Assembly: GCA_965112735.1 (NCBI GenBank)
Contig: OZ218955.1
Coordinates: forward strand, 2,480,001-2,544,000
Reading direction: 5' to 3'
Length of the DNA stretch: 64,000 nt
Origin: Phaeosaccion multiseriatum
Taxonomy: Eukaryota; Protista; Ochrophyta, other classes
Under the pieces are notes generated by a model, which was given only the letters and a program-made list of their open reading frames with translations, was not told the DNA's origin and ran no database searches. Positions 1-12,196 of the stretch are shown here, piece by piece (within the stretch, counting starts at the first letter, position 1; every line of letters starts with the position of its first letter). The position numbers and the translations under genes are program-made.

Positions 1-785
1 GGCCAGCAGCGGCAGAATCAGCAAGGGGAGCCGGAGGAGGAGGCGAACTAGCCAGGCTCTCTCAGGCTGGAGGAGCTGTCAGTAAAAGCCATGGCTGGGA
101 TGGCTGCGTGGAGAGGGATACGCGAAGGGTGACGAGGGATCACCCACCATCGCTACCAGGTCCAGCGTTTTGCACGGACGGTGCGAGAGGACCACTGTAT
201 TTGTATGATTGTGATGATTTATGATGCACACAGCAGAGAGGAATGGCCGCTTAGCGGCTTGTTGAGTTAGATGGCGCAGCTGCAGGCCTAGAGGAGCGCT
301 GCAGGCAGAAAGTGTTGTAAGGAGGGGTAGAGGAGTGAAGCACGATGGACAGACGAGCCGCGAAGATGAATACAGGGCATCCCCCTGAGGAGGACAAGCA
401 CACATAAATCAAAAGTGTTATTCTAGTTTTGCGCCTCCCTTCCCTCTTCGCTGCTACCCGGTCGAGTTCACTCTATTCGAGCTCGCTAAGACTCAGACTC
501 TGGCAGATGAGGCACAAAGGAATGGCACGAAAAGGGAGGAGAGTGTGAGTGAGTGAGGGAGTGAGTGAGTGAGGGAGTGAGTGAGAGGGCGAGTGGGCGA
601 GTGGGCGAGTGAATAAGTGAATGAGTGAGTGAGTGGGTAAGTGGGCGAGTGAGTGGCTGGGTGAGTGGGTGGGTGCGTGCGTGCGCGTGTGGGTGAGTGA
701 GTGAAAACGATGTAAAAGTAAAAGTCGCTTTGTGCGCTAGATTTTCCTCGTTCCATAGAGAGAGTATAAGCTCATACGGAAGGCC

Positions 786-3700
786 ATGCGGGCTGGAGTC
801 ACTTCCGTTCTCATCGTCCTCAATGGTGTGCAAAGCGAGGCATGGTGGAGCCTCTGGGGGGACCCTCCCACTCCTTCCCCCGCGCCGGCCTCCTCCGTCG
901 GAGTCGGGATCGGCGGAATTAAGGAGACTACTCCAGACGCCTATTACGACACCTCCTCCGCTCTCCCGAGTGCCAATCTAAGGCTGAAGGTCACCCAACA
1001 AATGGTGCGTAGGGGGATGGGCTTCCCCGTGGCCGAGCAGCGTGGCGTCGCCTCGGAGAGGGCGGGCGCGCGGCGTTGCTTGCTTCCTCTCTTGTCGAGG
1101 CTCCCGATAGGGAGGGCGAGGGAGGCGAACGCGGACATGGCGCGTATAGCTTTGAGCGCAGCACATTCTTTCTGATTCTCTGACGGGATTGTAGTGGGGT
1201 TTGAGCGAAACTGAAGTATTCCTCTCTACGCCTTAGTAGTACATCTTGCTTGTTCCCCCCCTTGCATATCCCTTTTCCTTCCTTGAGAACGAGTATATGC
1301 AGACCGGCAAGAGCAAGTATTTGGAGTTGACAGAGAAGGTAATCGCCACCGACAGCTCCCACAGCAACAGCTGGGACCTTCCCATGGGTAAGCGCTCTCA
1401 TCCTTCTCTAGGAATGCGCCAGGCTTGCTTCCCCCCAATCGCCTGAACTTTGCCACGGCTTGACTTCTTGACTTTACGCCGGCCCCCGCTCCACTACCAG
1501 GCAGTACTCCGTGCTGGAGAGACGCCTTCGACAGCATCGGAGTAGCGTGTGAGGGCATGGCCCACTCCGAGAAGCAGCGCCTCGCGTTGAAGCTCGCAAG
1601 CTGCCATCTCAAGGATGCGGGAAGGGTCGGCTACCCCTGCGCTAACGCCGAGAGCATGGCCCCAAGTCAGTGTATTTCTCAGGTACAGGCAAAGTAGTGA
1701 GCCAGGGTGCGCGGGGGGTTGGGCGAAAGCGCTTGAGGTCCCTGTAAATTAGCGCCGCTCACGCCTTTTGACTGACTCCCCTTCGTGCTCCTTTTGTGCA
1801 GCAGATCCACGAGGACTTGTCCTTCCACGTGTACACGACGTACTTTTTGCATGTCGACAGCATCTGCTTCTATCTGCAGGTCGGTGTCGCTTGCTTGCTT
1901 TGCCTGTTTGTTGACCTTGCTTCGACTCGTGCCGCGCTTCTGATTGCTTCGTTGGCTCGGTGACCCCATCCTGTCACCTCCTCCTCGTCACGAACTCTGC
2001 CTTTGCTGGCAGAGCGAGGCCTGGCAGGGACGCACGGAGCGACTCATCTCGGAGCTGGAGCGCTCTTCTCTCACGGCACACGCCCGGGCAGAGCAGTCAG
2101 TTTCGCTGCAGGAACGAGGTACTCCCCGACTACTCACTGCCTGTGAAGCTTGTGACTGGGTGTGGGGCGGGAGGGTTGAGGCGCTTCTCTATGTATGGCT
2201 GAAAACGCGCGCACGACTCCCTCTGAATAGCTCAGCTGAGCGCGCTTCGGTGTCGTGTGCGTCGCTCTCGACTCTTTACCAAACGCAGCCACGGCTTAGC
2301 TCAACACCCTTCTCTCTCTGCAACATACATGGTGCCCAATGTCTCGTGTATCGGCTCGCTCTTCGTCCTATCTGTGCGCGTCTCGTCTTGCTGTCAGTCC
2401 TGGAGGGTCAGTTCGACGTGGTGGACGCGAGCGCCAAGGTGTCCGCTCAGCTTGACAAGGGCCTTGCTGAGGTGCAGCATCGCCAGGCAGAGGTGGAGTC
2501 TTCTCTGCAGGTAGGTGCTAATAGTGTGACACCAAAGTGCGGGGAGGGGGCCCGTGATGGCACTGATCAGTGTCGCCGCGCCGTGAAGCTCACAGCCAAG
2601 TAAGACGACGCAAGTATCATTCGCTCGCTCTCAAGTCGATTCGCTGGCTCTCGCTCTCTCTCTTTTCCCCCTAGGTGATGGTCGGGTCCATAGCGGAGCA
2701 GCGACAGGAGGTGGGAAGGCTGTATGCCTTGCAGAGGGAGGCCACCGAGCAGGTACATGGCCCTAGCTACTGAGTCGCCCCGATGGGCGATATTCTCCCC
2801 GCTCCTAGCGGTATCCGATGGGCTTGTCCTCCCCGCTCCTTCTTCGTCGCTCTGCTGCGGTCCTGCGGTGCGCTGCTGTGTGCGCACCTCTTACGCCTCA
2901 TCTCGTCACTCCCTCACTCTCTCACACGTCTCGCCCCCTCACTTCATCACCACTCCCCCACCCCTCCACCGGCCCCCTACTGTCCGCAACATCGACCCGA
3001 GCAGGCCTCCGGCCTCGTAGAGAGGCTGGCGACAGCTCAGGAGAAGTGGTCGGAGGCCGCTGCCCAGGGAGACGCGGCAATGTCCGCTCTCAACACTCTG
3101 TACGACGTGCTCACCAACGTGCACGTATGGTGGGGCCGCTTCGAGACGTGCTGGTGGGCTGTGTTCGGCCTCAACGTAATCTTCGTCATAACCAGGTAGG
3201 TGGGCAGGTAGTTAGGTAGGTAAGCGGGTAGTGTGATAAGTGGTCAGGGAGCGGGCTCTAGCAACACCAGTGCATAACACAGGCAGAGCTTGCTACGCAC
3301 CACGGCCGTCGCCACTCTCTCTGATTCTGTCTTGCCTTCGCGCTGCGCGTCTCCCCCACAAGCACGGCCCACAGCAGAAAGTAGCTAGAGCTCAGGCACA
3401 CGCTTCCCTCTCTCTTCTCCACCTCTTTCTCCCTTTGTCTGCCTCAGCGTGCACCCGTTCCGCCTCATCCGTGGGCCGCTGCTGGGAATCTTCGTGGCCG
3501 AGTTGCTCTCCGAGCTCTTCCTCACTGCCAGCGCGACGTACACGGGAATCTTCCTCTCCTCTGTTCAGATGGAACTGCGTGCGTTCACTTTGGCAGTGAG
3601 CCTGCTCACTTTCGTAGGGGGCCTGCTCAAGTGCATCGCGGCACTGCTGCTGCCCAAGCGTAAGAAGCAGAAACGAGACACCAGCGAGGGGAAGGGTCGC

Positions 3701-4318
3701 AACTGGGTTGACACCGAAGCTGAGCCCTACCGACTCGATTCCCGCCCCGGGCACAGACAGCTCCAGCGGGACGCTCACTCGCCACCAGGCCGCAGGTGGG
3801 GGAGGCCATCCGATCGAGAAGAAGAAGCATCTCCTCTCCACATCGAGAGCCACAGCATCAGCCGTGCCAGGAGCCGTGCCAGGAGCCGCAGCAGCTGGAG
3901 CAGGAGCAGGAGCAGGAGCAGGATGAGTGCAAGCGACAGGGGCAGTGAGTACCCACTTGATGCGAGAAGCAGAGTTGTGACTGGCGCGTGGTACGGAAAT
4001 GAGGAAGGACAGCGACAGGGACACTGCCGAGAAAGGACTGCCAGCGAAGAAGAAGAAGAAGAAGAAGAAGAAGAAGAAGAAGAAGAAGAAGAAGAAGAAG
4101 AAGAAGAAGAAGAAGAAGAGCTGCATGAGGGGGAAGAAGAGCAAAGTGCAGGGGAGGCGTTCCTCCATGTGGACAAGAGCACTCCTTACAAAGAGCTGCA
4201 GCGCCTGGCCAAGATCCACCTGCAAGGAGTGTGCCGGGCCAACAAGAGCCGCGCGGAGATTCTGAAAGCTTTGCAGAAGCACTTTGCTTCGGACGCCGAG
4301 CCCGTGCCGCAAGAGTGA
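786..4318 (+). CDS. GEX1: GEX1/KAR5/Brambleberry-family nuclear membrane fusion protein (multi-exon)
   Basis: N-terminal signal peptide (MRAGVTSVLIVLNGVQSEA). Exons at ~1501-1880 encode the Cys-rich domain PCWRDAFDSIGVACEGMAHSEKQRLALKLASCHLKDAGRVGYPC...LSFHVYTTYFLHVDSICFYLQ. This is followed by SEAWQGRTERLI, coiled-coil exons and ~3 hydrophobic TM segments (3140-3650), then RS-rich, poly-E and a SAP-like tail to the stop at 4318. Confidence 0.85.
4047..4120 (+). repeat. (GAA)n trinucleotide tract encoding poly-Glu in the GEX1-like last exon
   Basis: About 24 consecutive GAA units, directly visible. Confidence 0.95.
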
Positions 4319-4498
4319 GCACCTCGCAATCAATACGTAACTAATTGCACCTTTTGTCTTTAAAAAGTGCGTCTGTTCATTGATATTTCCCCATTTCCCC
4401 ACGGAGTAGGCGGAGCCACACCTCCGGCCCTCTCCCCCTCTCCCGCAAGTGCCAAGCAGGACAGGAAACGTGGAGGACAACCACCCTCGCGCTGCCCA

Positions 4499-5125
4499 CT
4501 ACCTCTTCTTTGTGCTCATCCTGTTCTTCTTTCTCCTCTTCCTCCACCGGTGCTTGTTCATCTTTGACTTCCTCTTCTTCACTGTGCTGCTCATCCGCCA
4601 AATCGGCTGCGCAAGCAGGTCCTCCAGGAAGGTGGTCCTCTCCTCTGCTGCTACAAGCTCCCCGCCGCCCCCTCCTATCTCTGTTTGCCAGTCCTTCCTC
4701 AATAGCCATGATCGCTGGTGAAAGGCATCCTCCCTAGCAAACAGTACTTGTGTCGCTCCCATAGAGCCATGGAGCACGACCCGCATCCGCCTCCACAGCA
4801 TTGCGAGAGCAGTATGCCCTTGACGTTCCCCCTCTTCCTCCTCCTCCTCCTGCCCCTGCTCCTCCTCCTGCTCCTGCTGCAGCTGCTGCCATTGGGGAGG
4901 AAACGCCCCTCTGAGCGACAAAAGAGAGCTCCACCCCGCGTCTGCTGTGCCTGCTCCTGCTGCTGCTGCTCCTCCTCCTCCTCCTCCTCCTCCTCCTACT
5001 CCCCAGTCTCCCTCTCCCCCCCCGACGACCTGATCACTTGCGCGAACGCGCTGCAAGCTTCTCTTCGCCATCCGACCCCCATAGCGCGAGTATGGAAGCA
5101 GGAGCTTCCTCCCGGCTGACAGCAT
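4499..5125 (-). CDS. Mitochondrial small ribosomal protein mS38 / AURKAIP1 / COX24-like (DUF1713)
   Basis: Arg-rich mitochondrial-type presequence (MLSAGRKLLLPYSRYGG...) and the C-terminal signature MSSTVKKRKSKMNKHRWRKRRKKNR. Single exon. Confidence 0.85.
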   Translation of the reverse strand: MLSAGRKLLLPYSRYGGRMAKRSLQRVRASDQVVGGGEGDWGVGGGGGGGGGAAAAGAGTADAGWSSLLSLRGAFPPQWQQLQQEQEEEQGQEEEEEEGERQGHTALAMLWRRMRVVLHGSMGATQVLFAREDAFHQRSWLLRKDWQTEIGGGGGELVAAEERTTFLEDLLAQPIWRMSSTVKKRKSKMNKHRWRKRRKKNRMSTKKR

Positions 5126-5266
5126 TGCGCCACCCACCGCCTGGCTGGGTTGTGTAAGGAGAGAGAGATAATCAGAGAGATGTAGAGTGCCATCCAGGTT
5201 TCCGATACGAGACTATCTTACACTTCTTTCCCTCCATTTCGTCCCATTTCTCCATTTCCATTTCCA

Positions 5267-6910
5267 ATGACGACGCTTCGGCAGGGCCTGCTTGCCCTGG
5301 AGGCCAGGACGGAGGAGGATCGGCCGGGAAGAGGCTACGGCATCGTTCCGAGCCGCATGGCCGCGCTCAGCGCAAGCGAGGTGGCCTTTGGGCACGGTCG
5401 CGATGTCTTCTTCGCCAAGGTACCTGCGCCGCAAGGCTGTGGAGTGCCCACCTTGAAGACGCTGACCCCGCCCCCTGTCCTCAACGTTCCCTGCAGTTCA
5501 CTCCCGTGGAGGTGGAGGGCGCAGCTGTCTCGAGCAGCTCCTCTGAGCGGCAGGAAGGCAAGGAGAAAGAGAGCACGCTGATGAATATACGGCCAATGAA
5601 AGTTGATTTTGGTGGTATGCAGCAGTGCGGGAAGGGTGGGGGCAGATGGAGGCATGACGACGAGGTTCAATCGGTTTCGTTCGATGGTTCCAGCCGTATC
5701 CTGTCCAGCATTGACAGCGGGGGCGACGTCTCCTTCCGTCGAGTGGGCGACGATGAGCAAGGGGAGGGCACCAACGCTGCGTGCACTCGAATCAGCCTGA
5801 GGGACGCCCCGGGAGGCCTGGGGCTGATGCGAGCGGGGTGGGCGGGGGTGAAGCTGCAGGAGGGTGGCGCACAGTCCCACGCCCTGTGCGTACACAGCTT
5901 GGGGCAGCAGATGGGGCTGTGTGACTGGACTACGGGGCAGGTATGTGGTGAAGGGGGGGCGGGCCTTAAAGCCCATGTGCATGCTAATTGCGGTGGCAGG
6001 AACGGCCCACACGAGATCTCATCTTGCGTTCGAGACCGCACCCATACCCCCCCCCATCGTCACCCATCATTGTCTTGTCAGTGGGTGCGAGGATGGACCC
6101 TGCTGGCGGGCACCTCCGGGCTGGAGTCCTTGCAAGACAACATCGCTGTGACGGCGGAGCACACGGCTTTCTATGTCCGGGACGTGCGGCAGGGCGAGAA
6201 AGGCGGCATGATTCAGGCCGTCCGCCAACCTTGCTGCGAGAAGCTGTGGGCAGTGAGCAGCAGGCCCGAGCTGCACGGTGAGGACCCCCCCGCTCTGCGT
6301 CTGTGCAAGCTGCTCTTTTCTAACCAAGTTGTGGTGTTTGAACCCTGTTTGGTGGCCAGAGCTTGCTGTGGCGGGCAAGGCGAGGAGCTTGCACGTGTAC
6401 GACAGCCGCAACTGGAGGAGCAAGACGGTGTTCCGCTGCCCCATCAAGCACGACGCTGTGGCTCTGCTGCCGTGCGGGACCAAAGCGGAGCACTGGTACG
6501 TGGCTGGGCTAAACAACGAACTAGTGCTCTGCGACACCGGTAAGAAAAGCAAGCAGCGCCATGAGAGCAAGATGCATAGGAGGGAAGAGGCGCAGCAGCA
6601 ACAGCAGCAGAAACAGCAGCAGCAGACAGCGATAGATGGGAGAGCAGGAGCAGCATCGATGGGGCAGACACACTGCTCCATGCAGGGAAACTTGCGCAAG
6701 AACGGGGGTAACGCCAACGAAGATCCAAAGCTCAGCGCTCTGGACCAGCGCAAGTTCGGCTTCCAGGGGAGGGCTTTTTGGAGCGGTCTGGCCGTGGTGC
6801 AGACGCAAGCAGGCGACGACGTGCTCATCGGACAGTGCGGAGGAGACGGGTCCGGAGGGGGCACTTTCTACCTTGCAGACAAGGCCCAGCACATGGTGGC
6901 GGTGCGGTGA
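5267..6910 (+). CDS. Uncharacterised WD40/beta-propeller-like protein (multi-exon)
   Basis: ATG at 5267 and GT-AG introns join the ORF segments. The segment HDDEVQSVSFDGSSRILSSIDSGGDV and repeated beta-strand segments (FYVRDVR, LHVYDSR) resemble degenerate WD repeats. Confidence 0.5.
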
Positions 6911-7191
6911 AAAGCTCTGATTGTACATACTTTAGTTTAACATTTGGGATTTGGAGCTTTGGACGGCCCTCCACAATACCACGTCCACAGTACATCTGTG
7001 CACGTGAGGGAAAAGGCATCAGCCCAGCGCCGTTACGCATTGAAAGGGTTTGGTCAGAGTGGAGAGATACGCCCCCCACTTCGGTGCACGTACACCCCTT
7101 TCTCTCTCTCAATGGTAGAGTCTCTTCGACAATCCAATCTTGAGAGGTGAGGGTACAGTAAAAAAGAAAAACGGCAAAAGAAAGGAAGAGG

Positions 7192-9495
7192 CTATGGCGA
7201 CGGCCATGGGGAGTGCGCAGAGGATGAGGTTGAGGAGGACATGGCAGGGTGCTGCCCCAGGATGCTGTTGCTGTTGCCAGCGAGCCACGAAGACACTGCA
7301 GTCCCTGCGTTGGCTCTTTCCCCCGAGCTGAAGCTCGCACTAATGGGGCGGAAAGCCGTCGGAGCGGGCGCGGTACTGAGCAGCAGCCGATTGGAGGAAG
7401 AAGAAGAGCCCCCTCCCAAACGCAGCTGGGCGGCAGCTGACTCTGCTGCTGAAGCCGGGATGGGCGCGACTGGGGGGGGGGTGTGGCGGTGGGGGGGGGC
7501 ATGTTGTCCTGAAGGAGCAGCAGGCCTTTGAGACTAATCACGAGGGCGCTGGTGTTGTCCATGGACCCCTTGCGAATGGCGGAGTGCGTAATGGCCTCTG
7601 CACATGATTTGCAGCCCGTTTGATCGCAGCTTTGGGACACCAGAGTGGCAACATCCTGCGCGGTCACAGGCAAGAGAAGAGAAGGGGTGAAGATTAGGTA
7701 CACGAGAAGGGAGGGAGAGCGTGGGTGTGCGGCGGTGCGGGAGTGCCACCGGCGCTCTGACGGGCCAGCGTGGAGCAGCAGCAGTTGGTGATACAGGAGC
7801 AGTGGCAGTACCTGGTTGGAGAGCACGTCCCAGACGCCGTCCGTGGCCAGCACCAGGTAGTCGTCCCCGCTCTCCAGAGTCTTCATGCGCACGTCTGGCA
7901 CTGCGTCGACCACGCCGTTCATGTTGCGGTCACCGAAGGCCCTACTGACGGCGAGGATGCCGTTCACCCGGGGTATGCCGAAGGAGCACGTTACGCGGCC
8001 GCCCAGCGCGTGGATACGCCGCCGCTCCGACGGCTTGTTGGGCTTGTGGTCCTCACTGAGAGGGACTGCGACCCCGTTGCTCACGAGAACAGCCCTGTGG
8101 AACACAGCACAGTCACAAGAGTGGGTTTCAAAGATAGCGGGGTTTGGCAGTGGGAGTGTACCCAAGCTGACATACCTGCTATCACCAACGTTGGCGACGA
8201 ACAGCCTTCTGCCCCTGATGAACGCCGTAATGGCCGTGCTGCCGTCGTTGGCGTTGAACCGCTCCGCCTTTTTGAGGAACTCTGTGTTTGCTCTGGAGAA
8301 GCCGTTGGTCAATGCCTGGGGCAAGTTGCTTCGGAAGGAATCCTCCCGCAGCACGGCAGGCACCAGAATGTGCGTCAGGGCCTTGCTGCAGCGACCCCCC
8401 GCTGCACGAGCGACAACAAGAGGTGGGCAAGCAAAGGTTAGACAGGCACAGGAGAGATAACAATACATCTATTGATTGACCCCACCACGTACCGTGACCA
8501 TCGAACACCCCAAAGAAGTGTGTCGCTGGGCCCTGCCGCGTGTTGCCGTCAGCAGCACCGGCAGCAGTAGCGGCGGCAGCAGCAGCTGCAGTAGCAGCAG
8601 CGGCGGCGGCGGCGGTGGCGCTGGCCCCCTCGGAAGCCCCCTGCACAAAGTCGGAGTCGCTAATTCTCCGCTGACGGCCGTTGCGGGCGCTCAAGCTCTG
8701 CATGTTTGGCGTGACCTTAAACTCGTCCTCCATATACGGTCTCTTGCCGCGGAGAGTGCTCACCCCGAAAGAGATGCCGCACTTGCCCAGAGCCTCTGCC
8801 TCCGGTGACAAGATTGGTTCTTCCGTTCGTGTTTGGCTGCCGCTGCCTCGTCGAATCACGCTCGCCCAGGCAGACGAGCCTTCCTCGCTTCTGCCACTGC
8901 CACCACTGGTACACGGCGGCTTCCCCATACCCGTCCATCCAGAGGGCTCGGTCAAAAAGGCCCTGTCATCTGCTGCTCCGCCTCCTGAGCTCCGAGCCAT
9001 GCTAATGCTAGTAAAGTTGGAAGGGGTGCGAGACGGGCACGTGGCCAAGCTCTCCAGAGAGACCCGACGCTCGTGCTGCTGCGCAGGCTCTTGATGAGAG
9101 AATCGACGTACATGGCCAAGAGCCTTTAGCGGGCTCACAATCGGGCTTATCCGACCATTGCTGCTTTTCATAACTGAAGCAGGCGTCGCCTCCGTTCGAA
9201 GTCGTCCACTGCTATAAAGAGTGAGTGGCACGCGGCCCCCCTGTTCCTGTTCGTGACCGTACCTGGTCATTTCGGTTGCCGTTACGCCGCTGTGGCGTGC
9301 CCTAGCGCTCCTCCCCCGCTGTTGGTGATGCTTGTGCTGCTGTTGAACGTGTTGGTGGGCTTTCCGTCTTCTAAACAAGAGCAAATCCCCGCCGTTTCCG
9401 ACCTCATCGGCTTCCCTGTACTCCTGTTTCCTTTGTGTAAGAGCCGAAGCAGTTCCCCCGTCGAGCCCGCCCCCGTCCCGCGCAGAGCGACGCAT
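7192..9495 (-). CDS. Protein phosphatase 2C (PPM family) with long disordered N-terminus
   Basis: Motifs RGKRPYMEDE, FFGVFDGHG, DGSTAI, VANVGDSRAVL, LSEDHKP, GILAVSRAFGD, LVLATDGVWDV and GSMDNTS, spread across at least 3 introns. The 3' end is uncertain: a homopolymer indel is likely near 7472-7499, and the literal frame stays open to 6825. Confidence 0.93.
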
Positions 9496-9771
9496 ACAGC
9501 CCTCCCCCTAAGGAAGGAGAGTATACCTAAACATCTCCTCCCTCTTCACACGCCCTATTCATTGTATTTCTGGGTTGGATTGGGTTTCAGAAATCTTTCC
9601 GAAGTGCACTTGGGCCCCGTATCACCCAATGAAGGGTACCTACCTACTTCGGATACTACGGATACTCGCTTAGCAAAGGCGTTGTGTGGCTCCACTTGTG
9701 TCACATTAATTAGGAAAGGCCCTTGTAGCGAATTCAAGACGCGCGATACAGCTTCGGCTGCAGGAGAGAGG

Positions 9772-10146
9772 ATGGCAGGTTGGTCAATCTCCCCGCCCTC
9801 ATGTTCTTACTCAACCTTCTTCGTGGAGAAGGATTATCATCTCCGAAAGTTGTGCGAGAGGGGAAGGATTATGATGGGGAGGTTTTCACCTTCCCCTCTA
9901 TACTCTACTCGATATCCACATGAACTTCCCATCCCACCCTCTTCTGTTTCCCTTGGCCCCTCAGGTTCTGTGGGATGGCTGCAGGCCTTCCTCCTGCTCA
10001 GCCTCCTCCTCTTCATATTTCCCGGAGTGGGAGAGTTGGATTCTTTGCTGTTAAGAATTTGCATCGTCATGTTTTGGGGCCTCGTGTTCGCGGCGAAGCG
10101 ATTCAACAGGCCGGAGCTGGAGGAGGGAAAAGGCCACACTGACTGA
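9772..10146 (+). CDS. Small (~62 aa) two-TM membrane protein
   Basis: ATGGCAG|gt...cag|GTTCT with an intron at 9779-9964 gives MAGSVGWLQAFLLLSLLLFIFPGVGELDSLLLRICIVMFWGLVFAAKRF...; it lies divergent from PP2C. Confidence 0.5.
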   Translation: MAGWSISPPSCSYSTFFVEKDYHLRKLCERGRIMMGRFSPSPLYSTRYPHELPIPPSSVSLGPSGSVGWLQAFLLLSLLLFIFPGVGELDSLLLRICIVMFWGLVFAAKRFNRPELEEGKGHTD

Positions 10147-10779
10147 AGCGGAGAGCACGCTATTAGCGGTCACTGTCGTCAGCGCTATCGCTGGCTGACG
10201 TGCTCTCGGCTATTGACGGGTTTTGAACTTGCAAGGAGGTCCACTGTTACAGACGCGCGTGTATTGACCAGGAAGGCAGCTTGGCATCGCCCAGGGGCGT
10301 AGGCTATCTGGTATTTGCTCAGCCGGACTCTCATCGGCCGTTGCCGGCGCCAGCCGCCGGCATAGCAGCTATGGTCAGGCGCCACATTGCGCTATGCTAT
10401 CGAGAGATAGTAGCACAGCTCAGTACGGTCATATTCGTGGCAACCTCCAGCACACAAAGGGCCAAAATTGGCGTCCAGACTTGTATGCTGGAGGTTGATA
10501 CGAATACCTCCGTACTGATCTGTGCTACCTTTTACTGTACAGCTGAAGTAACGACTATAATACAAAGTCCTTGAGGGAAGCCGAGATAGGCAGAGCCCGG
10601 TGGCGCCAGAGCAGCCTGCGTGCGTCTTCCTCGTCTATAGTTACCACCCTCACTTGGGAGGAAGCGTGCGGCTGCGTCCGCCCGGAGGGAAGAGTGCTGT
10701 CCGTCTTGGAAGAAGGGCCAGATAGGGCGGGCGCGGGAGGGGTGACGAATGTCCTGGGAAGGGTGGAAGAGATGGGGGC

Positions 10780-11543
10780 GAGGTCAGTGGGCAGTCGTTT
10801 GATTCGGACTGCCAGCAGCGGGAGGGTGTAGTAGGTAGGAAGGACCGGAGAAAGCCCCCCTTGGCAGAAGGGCCTGTTCTTGTGCCGCTACTGTGCACCA
10901 CTCACTCACCCCTGCGCCCCCTTGCCCCGTAGCTCTCTCTCTTGGACCTTCTTCTTTGTCAAGCGCTTCTTCAGTCTCCGCCGCGACTCCACCATCTGCA
11001 GGACGAGGGTTTGTGTACAGGAATGAAGCTTTACCACATGTTCACGAATGAGGGGTTTTGGACAGATGACTCAGCCTCCAAGAGTCCCTGCTCTTTCCCA
11101 GACCCTAGTCCTTACTTCTAAAGTTGTCACCTACCCTCTCCTCCTTCAATCGCAATTTGTCCTCAGTTCTCTGTGCCGCGTGCGCAGCAGCGTCACCCGC
11201 ATTGCGCAGGGGGTTGTCCTCAGCGTCTTCTACGTCAGCATGTACGCTAAAGCGTGGTGAAGAAAAGGGGGCCGGGAGGGAATCCCACAAGGGGTGCGGA
11301 GGGGGATGTAGGTCGCGAGAGAGGGTCAGCAGCAGCAGCCGCGGCAGCAGCAGGTTCACACGCCCTTGTTTCTCCGCTGCTTGACACTCACATCTTCCGC
11401 GGCTGGCCCAGTTCCACCAACAATGTGCGGCTCCTCTCTTTCACTCCCACCCGGCAGCACGTGTAATTCCGGCCGCTGGCCCTCGTGTCACCGCAGGGGG
11501 CAGCAGGAAGCGGGTGTCTGTGGACATTGGACTCCAGAATCAT
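10780..11543 (-). CDS. Hypothetical small basic/coiled-coil protein (multi-exon, 3' end uncertain)
   Basis: In-frame exons MILESNVHRHP...ELGQPRK | VHADVEDAEDNPLRN...LKEER | MVESRRRLKKRLTKKKVQERE, each with a gtgagt or gtaggt donor. Confidence 0.4.
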
Positions 11544-11729
11544 AACTCAGGTCTGGAGATTAGAATAGGGGGGGGGGAGAAGTGGACGATGTATGGGTGG
11601 GGGAAAAGAAAGTGGAAATGGCCGTTTGGGAAAAGGAAAAAAGGCAAAAACGCAATGTCCTTCACTGACTTATGAGGTTGATATTTTCATATTTCCCGCC
11701 CCTGCACCCTACGTTGTATGGCCGCCGGC

Positions 11730-11795
11730 CGATAGCGGATAGCGGATCGGCTGGCGCCGGCGATAGCGGATAGCGGATAGTGCATCAGGGGTTGA
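11730..11795. repeat. Degenerate copy of the end of the small TIR element at 46743-46853 (GATAGCG repeats plus terminal repeat)
   Basis: 11762-11795 matches the reverse complement of 46743-46776 at 32 of 34 positions. Confidence 0.75.
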
Positions 11796-12196
11796 ATGTC
11801 TATTCGGCAGCCAAATGGCGAGGAATCGGGATTAAGTTCTGCAAATGACTCTGGCGGGGATTCTCGCCGCTTCCTTCGCTGCGGCGGGGTAATCTCCTGG
11901 TCCTCAGGACCACATCGCTCCACAGCGCCCCTTTGCGGGATGCCGGCCGTCTGGAACTAGCTCTCTGCCTCACACGCGGGGGCGGGGCACCCAAGCACCC
12001 CCCACCGGCACACGCCACACGGGACAAGGCAAGGCACCGCCTTCACCGCCTCTGCAGGATCAGAGTGTGTGCAGAGCACCGCTATCGAGGCGGCTCTGCG
12101 CCCCACTGGTGCTGAGCTTTCTGCGGCTGCTGCGGTTCTGCTCTCTTGACTTGAGGCGTCTCCGAGTGAAGCCCTGTGCACTCCTCCCCGGCTACT

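Noticed and set aside
1-51. Possible last codons of an upstream plus-strand gene (GQQRQNQQGEPEEEAN*)
   Set aside because: Too short to support without upstream context.
486-833. Minus-strand ORFs with (THSL)n repeats
   Set aside because: They are translations of a (GAGT)n microsatellite upstream of GEX1, with no recognisable domain.
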